Source: a virus (Duplodnaviria > Caudoviricetes). Taken from it: a DNA stretch of 25,019 nucleotides. The notes beneath the pieces were generated by a model that was given only the letters and a program-made list of their open reading frames with translations, ran no database searches and had not been told where the DNA came from. The stretch's first letter is position 1. The number at the start of each line of letters is the position of its first letter. Below, one piece after another: positions 7,962 to 16,874 of the stretch. Location of the stretch: positions 1 through 25,019 of IMG/VR virus record IMGVR_UViG_3300009151_000346; one strand, 5' to 3'. A program made the translations under genes and the position numbers.

Positions 7962-8942
7962 TTAATAGGAATTTATAAAATTTTCAAGTTCTTTTACTGG
8001 AAACTTTAGCAAGTAGGCAGCGTTATCTTGGAATCCAAATGTAATTAATATATCATTTTTATAGTTGCACATACCTATGGAAAATTCAACATGAGCATCC
8101 ATGATAGAAAAATCATTGGTATATTTAACTACGTTCCAGTTTTTATCCCAAATGATAAATCTATGTCTATATACTGCATCTTTTCTACCAACTTCACTTT
8201 TGAATAAATCTACTTCGTGTGTTAATGCAATATATCCGTCTTTGAATTTCATCACTTGCGAACCGCCGCGTATATCTCTAGGTAGCCATATTGATCCACT
8301 TAGATATTCTGTTTTAGAAGTTTGTAATATTGGATCAACACTTACTAGTTCGGTAGGATTGGTCCACTTAATATAATGATATGGGACATCCAATACAGGC
8401 ATCCAATTTTTTTCACAATAAGAATCTAGATCTTTAGGGGGAGGTATTCTAAATCTGGATATTTCTGTAACAGCATTTTCTGAAACTGCTATTTCAGACA
8501 GTTCCATTCTACCCTGCCCATTGGTGGTGGTGTCTCTACGTACACCGGTTATATATAACTTTCCGTTCCATCTTATTAATCTTGCATCTTCTAATCCTAC
8601 AAAATCCCACATAGGTTCATAGGTATCAAATTTAGATGTGTCAATTTTATTGATTCTAGTAATTTCAAAATCATCATTGAGTTCGCAATAAAAATTGTCA
8701 GTCCTTAAATGAATATCATTTTCTGGATGCAGGTAAGTTAGAGGACCCCATGGATGTTGAAATAATTTCTTTTCAGAATGAAAAAATGTATAATTAACAT
8801 GTCGAATATTAACAATAATTTTACCGTCGTCTATTAAAATAGATGGATTCATTAATCCCGTACCATTTGTTTGCTCTGACGGGATAATAAGAGGATGTAT
8901 GCTACCGCCTCTATCTAGAGCGAATTTTGCAAGATTTGTCAT
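7962..8942 (-). CDS. Glycosidase/phosphorylase-like beta-propeller protein (GH130-like superfamily, tentative)
   Basis: MNPSI, GLEDARLI, EKNWMP, RGGSQ and HVEFSIGM motifs are typical of this propeller family. Confidence 0.7.
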   Translation of the reverse strand: MTNLAKFALDRGGSIHPLIIPSEQTNGTGLMNPSILIDDGKIIVNIRHVNYTFFHSEKKLFQHPWGPLTYLHPENDIHLRTDNFYCELNDDFEITRINKIDTSKFDTYEPMWDFVGLEDARLIRWNGKLYITGVRRDTTTNGQGRMELSEIAVSENAVTEISRFRIPPPKDLDSYCEKNWMPVLDVPYHYIKWTNPTELVSVDPILQTSKTEYLSGSIWLPRDIRGGSQVMKFKDGYIALTHEVDLFKSEVGRKDAVYRHRFIIWDKNWNVVKYTNDFSIMDAHVEFSIGMCNYKNDILITFGFQDNAAYLLKFPVKELENFINSY

Positions 8943-8953
8943 AATTGAGCTTT

Positions 8954-8959
8954 TATTTA
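8954..8959 (-). promoter_or_regulatory. Possible late promoter TAAATA for the modification cassette
   Basis: TAAATA 11 nt upstream of ATG 8942. The region is AT-rich, so a chance match is possible. Confidence 0.35.
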
Positions 8960-9018
8960 GTTGAATAAAATACTCAGTTAATTATAATTGATAATCTTGC
9001 AAAATCCTAGTAATGTTT

Positions 9019-9210
9019 TTAGTTCATTTTTTCCAAAGAACTTGCCGATAATGAATTAGAATTTGGATCACCTAATTGAGCGTGTGCTTGTTTTTGTATT
9101 TCTGTAAACGTGTCAAGCCCCATTTCAATTGGCAATTTGGCTACTCCTGTTAATATTGTATTAAGTTGATTAATATCTAATTTTAATGTAACTGATTGTT
9201 GTTCGTTCAC
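9019..9210 (-). CDS. Small hypothetical phage protein (63 aa), fibre-associated context
   Basis: GTG start with AGGAG SD and an upstream TATAAATA. Amphipathic helical sequence LNTILTGVAKLP...IQKQAHAQL. Confidence 0.75.
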   Translation of the reverse strand: MNEQQSVTLKLDINQLNTILTGVAKLPIEMGLDTFTEIQKQAHAQLGDPNSNSLSASSLEKMN

Positions 9211-9241
9211 GATGTTCTCCTATTATATACATTGTTAACGA

Positions 9242-9249
9242 TATTTATA
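9242..9249 (-). promoter_or_regulatory. T4-late-like promoter TATAAATA
   Basis: Exact consensus in the intergenic gap upstream of the SD and GTG 9210. Confidence 0.6.
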
Positions 9250-9290
9250 TAAGAGAATGTACTAGAAGAGTATATATTGATGTTTTATAT

Positions 9291-11303
9291 TTAAGATTTT
9301 TCAAGTTTTTTAATTTTTTCTTCTAGCTCTTTAATAGCTTCAATTAATAGAGGAATAATAAGATCATATCTAACAGCCTTAAATGGATTGTTGGGATCGT
9401 TTTTATTTTCTAACCCTAGAGGAATATGTTTAAATACAGCCTCGGGTAATACATTTTCAAGTTCTTGAGCAATAACACCAACTAACTTATCATCTGTTCT
9501 ATGAATATAATTATAATGATATCCATTAATTTGAGATACTTTATCCAGTGCTCCTGTTATCTTAACAATATTTTCTTTAAGTCTTCTATCTGAAGTACCA
9601 TAGAAAGCAGTAATATCACCAGTAGCAGTGATTGCACCATTTATAGTAAGTCCAGCGAATGTTGGACTATTACCGGTGCCAAGTGGTTGTACAGCAGGTC
9701 CAGTTGCACCCGTGGCGCCCTGTGTGGCTGTACCCGTGGCACCCTGTGTGGCTGTACCGGTAACGCCTTGTGTGGCTGTACCGGTAACACCTTGATTACC
9801 AGTCGTACCTTGATTACCAGTATTACCTTGATTACCTGTAGTACCTTGATTACCTGTAGTACCTTGATTACCTGTAGTACCTTGATTACCAGTCGTACCT
9901 TGATTACCAGTCGTACCTTGATTTCCTGTAGTACCTTGACTGCCAGTAGTACCTTGATTACCAGTAGTACCTTGATTACCAGTAGTACCTTGATTACCAG
10001 TAGTACCTTGATTACCGGTGATACCTTGACGACCTTGAGTTCCTTGACTGCCTAATACCCCTTGACTACCAGTAGTACCTTGATTACCAGTAGTACCTTG
10101 ATTACCGGTGATACCTTGATTACCAAAAGTACCTTGACTGCCTAATACACCTTGATTACCAGTAGTACCTTGATTACCAGTAGTACCTTGACTACCAATA
10201 ACACCTTGACTGCCAATAGTACCTTGATTACCAGTAGTACCTTGAATACCAGTAGCACCTTGAATACCAGTAGCACCTTGAATACCAGTAGTACCTTGAA
10301 TACCAGTAGTACCTTGACTGCCTAATACACCTTGATTACCAGTATTACCTTGATTACCTGTAGTACCTTGACTACCAATAACACCTTGACTACCAATAAC
10401 ACCTTGACTACCAATAACACCTTGACTGCCAATAGTACCTTGATTACCTGTAGTACCCTGAGTTCCTTGATTACCAGTAGTACCTTGATTACCAGTAGTA
10501 CCTTGACTACCAGTAGTACCTTGACTACCAATAACACCTTGACTACCAATAACACCTTGATTACCTGTAGTACCTTGATTACCAAAAGTACCTTGACTGC
10601 CTAATAAACCTTGAGTTCCTTGATTACCTGTAGTACCTTGATTACCTGTAGTACCTTGAATACCTGTAGTACCTTGACTGCCTAATACACCTTGATTACC
10701 AGTAGTACCTTGATTACCAGTAGTACCTTGAATACCAGTAGCACCTTGAATACCAGTAGCACCTTGAATACCATTGGTGCCCTGACCGGCAGTAGCACCT
10801 TGATTACCAGTCGTACCTTGATTACCAGTAGTACCTTGAATACCAGTAGCACCTTGAATACCAGTAGTACCTTGATTACCAGTCGTACCTTGATTACCAG
10901 TATAACCTTGATTACCAAAAGTACCTTGACTGCCTAATACCCCTTGACTACCAATAACACCTTGACTACCAATAACACCTTGATTACCTGTAGTACCTTG
11001 ACTACCAATAACACCTTGATTACCTGTAGTACCTTGTGTAGCTGTACCAGTAGCACCTTGGACACCTGTTGTACCTTGAACGCTAGTTCCTTGGGGTCCC
11101 GCAGTACCCTGAGGTCCTGTAAGGAGGCCAGTACTAATATAAACTTGTCCACCAACATATAAATCTTTACCAATACCAACACCACCAGAAACGGTTAATG
11201 CTCCAGTAATTGTTGAAGATGCATTGGTAGTGCCATTGACTAATAATCGAGTATCAACGGTACCGGTTCCGTATATTCTTGTTCCAGATAAGAGTTGTGC
11301 CAT
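9291..11303 (-). CDS. Collagen-like tail fibre with C-terminal intramolecular chaperone (peptidase S74-like)
   Basis: About 139 G-X-Y triplets, then GDITAFYGTSDRRLKENI...GVIAQE...VRYDLIIPLLIEAIKEL followed by a coiled coil. Confidence 0.9.
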   Translation of the reverse strand: MAQLLSGTRIYGTGTVDTRLLVNGTTNASSTITGALTVSGGVGIGKDLYVGGQVYISTGLLTGPQGTAGPQGTSVQGTTGVQGATGTATQGTTGNQGVIGSQGTTGNQGVIGSQGVIGSQGVLGSQGTFGNQGYTGNQGTTGNQGTTGIQGATGIQGTTGNQGTTGNQGATAGQGTNGIQGATGIQGATGIQGTTGNQGTTGNQGVLGSQGTTGIQGTTGNQGTTGNQGTQGLLGSQGTFGNQGTTGNQGVIGSQGVIGSQGTTGSQGTTGNQGTTGNQGTQGTTGNQGTIGSQGVIGSQGVIGSQGVIGSQGTTGNQGNTGNQGVLGSQGTTGIQGTTGIQGATGIQGATGIQGTTGNQGTIGSQGVIGSQGTTGNQGTTGNQGVLGSQGTFGNQGITGNQGTTGNQGTTGSQGVLGSQGTQGRQGITGNQGTTGNQGTTGNQGTTGNQGTTGSQGTTGNQGTTGNQGTTGNQGTTGNQGTTGNQGTTGNQGNTGNQGTTGNQGVTGTATQGVTGTATQGATGTATQGATGATGPAVQPLGTGNSPTFAGLTINGAITATGDITAFYGTSDRRLKENIVKITGALDKVSQINGYHYNYIHRTDDKLVGVIAQELENVLPEAVFKHIPLGLENKNDPNNPFKAVRYDLIIPLLIEAIKELEEKIKKLEKS
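9780..11033 (-). repeat. 18-bp coding tandem repeat array (GTTGNQ / GVIGSQ / GATGIQ / GVLGSQ variants)
   Basis: Plus-strand unit ccttgattaccagtagta and variants, repeated about 69 times. Flanked by 24-bp QG(V/A)TGTAT units. Confidence 0.95.
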
Positions 11304-11310
11304 AGTTTAG

Positions 11311-11318
11311 TATTTATA
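11311..11318 (-). promoter_or_regulatory. T4-late-like promoter TATAAATA overlapping the upstream stop codon
   Basis: Exact consensus 7 nt before ATG 11303, with no SD between box and ATG. Confidence 0.65.
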
Positions 11319-11535
11319 TCGGTTTATTAACTTCGTCAAATCCATTAGATACAAAGATTGTTCCTGTATTTGTTTCTCGTTTCGCCACATTGTTTCTATA
11401 TAAAAAAACTTCATCAAATTGAGCCGCATAGTAAGTTGTAGTAGTGAGTTTTATGCTTGATGTAGTAACCTCGTTTAATTCTCCACTGATAAACAATGTA
11501 CCTGATGAGGTCAAACGTGATGCTACTGTAGGCAT
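11314..11535 (-). CDS. Small hypothetical virion-associated protein (73 aa) with three (F/L)(D/N)EV motifs
   Basis: TAATG stop/start overlap with the 1465-aa gene. Motifs ELNEV, QFDEV and GFDEV. Confidence 0.75.
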   Translation of the reverse strand: MPTVASRLTSSGTLFISGELNEVTTSSIKLTTTTYYAAQFDEVFLYRNNVAKRETNTGTIFVSNGFDEVNKPI

Positions 11536-14500
11536 TATCCAAACACCGTATCTAAACTATTGGTAGCAGTATTGTAATATTGATAAACAGCACTAATATT
11601 TGTAGCAGATGTCCACCCAATTCTATTACCTACATATATATTACCACCAACTCCTATGCCGCCTCTTACCTGCAATGCTCCAGTTGTAGTACTAATTGAA
11701 GTTGTTGTGCCTGCTAATGTCAATGTGTTTTGGAATACAGGACCTGTTAATGCTGTTCCAGCACTCACTAAAAGATTACCAGCGGTTCCTGGACCAAAGA
11801 AACTTGTTAATCCAGTTCCAGTTTGGAATGGAATCTGTCCAATTGTTCCTCCTCCAATATTTGTTGCGGTAGTTGCACCTTCTGTAGCAACTTTAATCCA
11901 TGATGGTGCAGAACTAACACCGGTTGACGCTAAAACCCAACCAGATGTTGTGGCTGGTGATAAGAATGCCGTTGTGTTAGGAGCACTTTGATATATTATA
12001 GAATTTGATGCACCGCCTGCTAAGTGTACATCTACTGCTCCTTTGGTCCCAGAGACAACATCTTCTGAAATTCCAGCTTCTGGAATAAATGTAAAAAATC
12101 CCAATGAATCTTTATAGCCAAAAAATCCTGTTTTTGCGCCGCCATCGTACCATTTAAATGCAATACCTTTATCTTGATTAGTATCAATTGTGTATGGTGC
12201 ATCATCAGTAGCACCACCTAGTGTAATAATAGGATCGGTAATATTTGTCACTGTACTATCAACTATTGTTCTTGTACCTCGAACAATTAAGTTTCCTCCT
12301 ACAGTTAAATTATTATTAATAGTAGTAGTACCGGTACTAGCACCAATATTAATAGTTGTACCAGCACCGGCAAAATTAATCACAGTAGCAACACTGTTTA
12401 ATAAATTAATGGTATTTTCATCTGTTTCAATATTGTTACCACCAATATAAAGATTACCACCAATACCAACACCGCCTACAACTATTAATGCTCCAGTAGT
12501 AGTACTTGATGCTCCGGTATTGTTTGTTATGCTTGTTGCTCCTGATATTCTAACTGCTCCACCAATATCAACGTTAACAGTAGGTGTTGAAATTCCAAAG
12601 CCTGTATATCCTGTACTTGGAATATAAGTTAATCCTGATGGTCCGGACGTTTTAACACCAGCAGCACCGGTAGTAGTATTCAAGAAAGTAATGTAATGTA
12701 CAGTAGCACTACTTATTTCATTAGTGACAGATACATTAGTTGCTGTTCCTGCGGACAAGGATCCTAGTCCAACCCAGGCAGGATTAGATCCATCGGAAGT
12801 TAGTAAGAATCCGCCGGTACCAATAGGCAATGTGGTAGTTGCACCAACAGCAGTTTGATAAAGTAAAGACCCTGAAGCACCGCCTACAATGTTTGTAGCG
12901 GTAACTGCCGATCCTACATATAAAGAACCAGTAGTAATAAAGTCAGTGGTATTTGGTGCAATTTGATATAATAGTGTTCCGGTACTACCTCCTACTATAT
13001 CATTTGCATATCCTACAGTAAATGTAGAAGTGTCTACAAATATAGCAGCATCTGTTCCCCTACTAACTAATATTTGTCCCACTGTTCCAGTGGACACAAA
13101 TCCAGTAGTACCAGTACTAGATTGATATATAAGTTGTCCAGGTCCGCCATTACCGATATTAGTTGCAGTAGTAACTACTCCAGTCAAACTACCAACAAAT
13201 GATGTTGCGGTTACAATACCACCAACAAATATATTGCCACCAACAAATATATTGCCACCAACTCCAATACCACCCGAAACTCTTAATGCTCCGGTTGTTG
13301 TATTTGCACTAGATGTAGTACTGGTAAAATGAACTATATTAGTAAATGTGCTTATTCCGTTAACAAATAATGCACCACCAATGCCAACACCACCTGATAC
13401 TCTTAATGCTCCAGTTGTTGTTGAAACTGCCGAGCCTGTATTTGTGATATTAATTACGTTTGTGGTAGTTGATCCCCTATTTGTAATAGTTTGAAATGTG
13501 CTAGTATTCCAAATTGTAACTATACCCGAACTAGTATTAACAGCAGTATCGGTTCCTGCTCTAATAGCCGCCACTCCAAAACTTCCTATATTTCCTGTGT
13601 GTACAATTTCACTATTATTAATATAACCTTTACCACCAATATATACATCGCCACCAATGCCTACACCACCGCTAACTATCAAAGCCCCTGTAGTAGTAGA
13701 TGTTGATATTACGTTGCTGGTTATTGTTGTTTGATTTCTAATAAGTGTAAATCCATTGTTATTACCAATGGTAATTGCAGTTCCATCACCGGCAAAATTA
13801 ACAGTAGTAGCAGTTGTATTAATTAAATTAAAAGTAGTGTTATCTGTTGCAAAATCTCCACCAATATATAAATTACCACCTATACCAACACCACCTGCAA
13901 CTCTTAATGCACCTGTAGTAGTATTTGATGCAGATCCTACGCTTTTAATAGAAATATATCCAGTATCAGAACCAATATTAATTACAGTACCAGATCCGGC
14001 AAAATTAACAGTAGTAGCAGTAGTATTAATTAAATTAAAAGTAGCTTTATCTGTTGTAAAATCACCGCCGCGTACCTCGATATCACCCAAGATAACTTCA
14101 TTGCCGCCTACATATAAGTCTTTACCAATCCCAACACCGCCGGCTACTTGGATTACTCCAGTGATAGTACTTGATGCATTTGTAGTATTAGTAAATATGC
14201 CCGAACCAGCAGTTAGTGTAACAGCACCTAATGAGCTTTCAATTTTTAAATCTGTAAGAGTACTAGAAAATTTAATTGTATCAACATATAATGAGTTTGA
14301 TCCTAGGAATATATCAGCAAATGGAGATGCTAATGATCCTAATGACACAAAATTGCTGGTAGGAATTATATTTCCTCCAACTTTGATTTCACCACCTACA
14401 TATAAGTCTTTACCAATGCCAACGCCGCCTGCTACTTGCAATGCACCAGATGAGGTACTTATTGATGATGCAGTGTTTGTAATTGTTGTTCTATTTTTTA

Positions 14501-15932
14501 TTTCAACATATCCGTTACCTGATCCAATATTAATTGTAGTTCCAGATCCTGCAAAATTAATAGTAGTAGCGGTAGTATTAATTAAATTAAATGTTCCAGA
14601 ATTATTAGTATTAATATTACTACCATTAACAGAAATGTTGCCAAATAAAACAGCATCGTTACCTAAATATAAATTTTTACCAATAGCAACACCACCGGAT
14701 ATTTGTAATGCACCTGTTACAGTACTCGATGCATCGGTAGTTCCTGTAAATATAGCATTAACTGTTCTTAAGGTATTGTTAGTATAATCATATCTAAAAT
14801 CGTATTCAAACTCTGTTTTTCCATACCCTGTTTGGTAAGGAATCTGCATATCTGCACCAGCATTTATATTTGTAGCAGTATTTGAATACTCAACTGGAAC
14901 GGTAGCTAACGGGTACCATACTGGAATATTACCATCTGATGATAATACTTGTCCACTTCCTCCAATTGGAAGAGTTGTTGAAACGCCTGGAGCACTTTGA
15001 TATATTATAGAACCAGTAGTACCTGCTATAATATTAGATGCCGTTGACGCAATTCCTTGTAAATATCCAGTAAATGTTGATGCACTGACTATTCCAACTA
15101 CAAATAAATCTTTACTAATACCCACACCACCAATAACTTGTAATGCTCCAGACTGAGCGCTAACTGCTGTATCTGTTCCAGTTAATATTATATTACCAGT
15201 TTTAAATGTTCCGTAAGTAGTGGCTGTAAAAGTTCCAGTAGTAGATTCTGCACCAGTATCATACCATTCTAAATATTTTGTACTGTTGTTTAATACCAAT
15301 GCTCCTCGTTGATTAGAGCTATTTGAATAATAATTAAAACGTAAACCGATATCTTTCCCGTCATCAAATGTCCATGTGGAGGTATTGTTGGGTACATGTA
15401 ATTCTAATAAATTATCAGTATAAACAGTATTAGTGCTATAAACATTTGTAGTAGCACCAGTAAAAATTACATCGCCTTGAAATAATGTTTGCCCGGATAC
15501 AACTAAAGATTTTGCAATACCAACACCGCCGGCTACATATAGTGAATTGTTTACAATACTACCTGTGCTAGCATTTGTTCCATTTATTACAATATTACTA
15601 CCAATATATACACCACCGCCAACTTTAAGTGTTCCTACTCCTCCTATAGTTGCTGTGGTTAAATCAAGTAATATTAATGATGTAGCAGTAGTGGCTCTTA
15701 GTTTAATACTTCCAAGAACTGATAAATCTCCAGATATAGTTGCATCTCTGTTTGTGATTAAATTCCCGCCAATAGTAGCGGTAGTTCCTACAATCAAATT
15801 TTTAGCAATAGCTGCACCGCTGTTAACTTGAAGAGCTGTAGTTTGTCCTGTTGAACTTGTAACCGTTCCGGTACCTTGGATAATTAGTCCACTTCTGGTT
15901 ACAAAATCTTCTGTGATTACTGCTATTGCCAT
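11535..15932 (-). CDS. Long tail-fibre-like repeat protein (1465 aa)
   Basis: About 13 STTTGALxVxGGVGIG modules, 4 NL(I/L)NxxATxxNFAG modules and about 7 ATNIxGGxxGxxxYQ modules. Thr/Gly-rich, with AAGGA SD upstream. Confidence 0.8.
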   Translation of the reverse strand: MAIAVITEDFVTRSGLIIQGTGTVTSSTGQTTALQVNSGAAIAKNLIVGTTATIGGNLITNRDATISGDLSVLGSIKLRATTATSLILLDLTTATIGGVGTLKVGGGVYIGSNIVINGTNASTGSIVNNSLYVAGGVGIAKSLVVSGQTLFQGDVIFTGATTNVYSTNTVYTDNLLELHVPNNTSTWTFDDGKDIGLRFNYYSNSSNQRGALVLNNSTKYLEWYDTGAESTTGTFTATTYGTFKTGNIILTGTDTAVSAQSGALQVIGGVGISKDLFVVGIVSASTFTGYLQGIASTASNIIAGTTGSIIYQSAPGVSTTLPIGGSGQVLSSDGNIPVWYPLATVPVEYSNTATNINAGADMQIPYQTGYGKTEFEYDFRYDYTNNTLRTVNAIFTGTTDASSTVTGALQISGGVAIGKNLYLGNDAVLFGNISVNGSNINTNNSGTFNLINTTATTINFAGSGTTINIGSGNGYVEIKNRTTITNTASSISTSSGALQVAGGVGIGKDLYVGGEIKVGGNIIPTSNFVSLGSLASPFADIFLGSNSLYVDTIKFSSTLTDLKIESSLGAVTLTAGSGIFTNTTNASSTITGVIQVAGGVGIGKDLYVGGNEVILGDIEVRGGDFTTDKATFNLINTTATTVNFAGSGTVINIGSDTGYISIKSVGSASNTTTGALRVAGGVGIGGNLYIGGDFATDNTTFNLINTTATTVNFAGDGTAITIGNNNGFTLIRNQTTITSNVISTSTTTGALIVSGGVGIGGDVYIGGKGYINNSEIVHTGNIGSFGVAAIRAGTDTAVNTSSGIVTIWNTSTFQTITNRGSTTTNVINITNTGSAVSTTTGALRVSGGVGIGGALFVNGISTFTNIVHFTSTTSSANTTTGALRVSGGIGVGGNIFVGGNIFVGGIVTATSFVGSLTGVVTTATNIGNGGPGQLIYQSSTGTTGFVSTGTVGQILVSRGTDAAIFVDTSTFTVGYANDIVGGSTGTLLYQIAPNTTDFITTGSLYVGSAVTATNIVGGASGSLLYQTAVGATTTLPIGTGGFLLTSDGSNPAWVGLGSLSAGTATNVSVTNEISSATVHYITFLNTTTGAAGVKTSGPSGLTYIPSTGYTGFGISTPTVNVDIGGAVRISGATSITNNTGASSTTTGALIVVGGVGIGGNLYIGGNNIETDENTINLLNSVATVINFAGAGTTINIGASTGTTTINNNLTVGGNLIVRGTRTIVDSTVTNITDPIITLGGATDDAPYTIDTNQDKGIAFKWYDGGAKTGFFGYKDSLGFFTFIPEAGISEDVVSGTKGAVDVHLAGGASNSIIYQSAPNTTAFLSPATTSGWVLASTGVSSAPSWIKVATEGATTATNIGGGTIGQIPFQTGTGLTSFFGPGTAGNLLVSAGTALTGPVFQNTLTLAGTTTSISTTTGALQVRGGIGVGGNIYVGNRIGWTSATNISAVYQYYNTATNSLDTVFG

Positions 15933-15948
15933 TTTTTCATTCCTTTAA

Positions 15949-16857
15949 TTAAGAAATCATCGCGGTTCTTAATACTTTAACATGTTTTACTGGCGATGAT
16001 GATGCCGCCTTAAAAGTTAAAGATATTAGTATATCGGTACCGGTAGATTCTCCTATTGCACCAAACGTTCCTAACTCTGCTCCAGTGGTCACATATCCAT
16101 ATTGTGTCATATATGGCGTTCCGTCATTTTTAGCAGTTAAAATTATTTCTACTGCCTGATAATTTAAATTAGGCTCTGTATTAGAATATCCTGTTCCTTC
16201 TGAAACTTGTATAAAATATTTTGATGATCTATATTGACTTAACAAATAAGAATCAATTGTATATTCACTAAGATCGTTTACATAAGTATCAGTTGAATCA
16301 AATACAGTATCAGCAATTTGTATACTTTCTGTATTTAATCGTCCTCCAATACCAACCCCACCTGTTACTACTAATGCACCGCTGAACACTGATGTTGAAG
16401 TTGTACCATTTGTAATTTGTATAATATTTGGAGTGGTTGCACCTCTACCTGTAACTGATTCTAATGTTGAAATATTATTAAATTGTATAGTAGGTAATCC
16501 TGAAACTGGATCAATTACATTTGATATATTAATATCAACGCCGCCGTCTGGTCCTGCGCTAAGATTAAAACTTGCTGTTGTTAATGCAGGAACGCCGTTG
16601 GTATAAAGTATACCACCTATATGTACATCTCCACCAATGCCAACACCACCTGTTACTGTCAATGCACCAGTGATGGTTGAAATAGAAACAGTACTACTTG
16701 TAATGGTTACATTTGGAGTTATTACACTTGTTGATGTAGTTTGTGATGTATATATTAACCAAGCACCCTGAGATGAGGACCATTGATAGGTTTTATTACT
16801 CCCGGAGGGAGAATATATATACCCGTTTGGTATGCCAGTTGGAAATCCTAATGCCAT
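15949..16857 (-). CDS. Virion structural / fibre-associated protein (302 aa)
   Basis: N-terminal MALGFP...YQWSSSQGAW, two GALxVTGGVGIGG modules, and a C-terminal YRSSKYFIQV...YG domain seen in T4-like structural proteins. Confidence 0.7.
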   Translation of the reverse strand: MALGFPTGIPNGYIYSPSGSNKTYQWSSSQGAWLIYTSQTTSTSVITPNVTITSSTVSISTITGALTVTGGVGIGGDVHIGGILYTNGVPALTTASFNLSAGPDGGVDINISNVIDPVSGLPTIQFNNISTLESVTGRGATTPNIIQITNGTTSTSVFSGALVVTGGVGIGGRLNTESIQIADTVFDSTDTYVNDLSEYTIDSYLLSQYRSSKYFIQVSEGTGYSNTEPNLNYQAVEIILTAKNDGTPYMTQYGYVTTGAELGTFGAIGESTGTDILISLTFKAASSSPVKHVKVLRTAMIS

Positions 16858-16874
16858 AATATTTTTCTCATTTA

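Noticed and set aside
8975-9005. TTGCAA...TATAAT sigma70-like pair on the minus strand
   Set aside because: Spacer is only 10 nt, so not a credible -35/-10 pair.
9687-11185. Several short ORFs (TLITSS / VIKVLL repeats) and a possible CRISPR-like array
   Set aside because: These are alternative-frame artefacts of the 18-bp coding repeat. There are no unique spacers and no cas genes.
9291-11303. Diversity-generating retroelement target
   Set aside because: No reverse transcriptase in the window and no template/variable repeat pair with adenine-specific differences seen.
13756-14787. 343-aa plus-strand ORF and other antisense ORFs between 11656 and 24032
   Set aside because: Codon-register mirror images of Gly/Thr/Val-rich minus-strand genes, with no SD or promoter support and no recognisable motifs.
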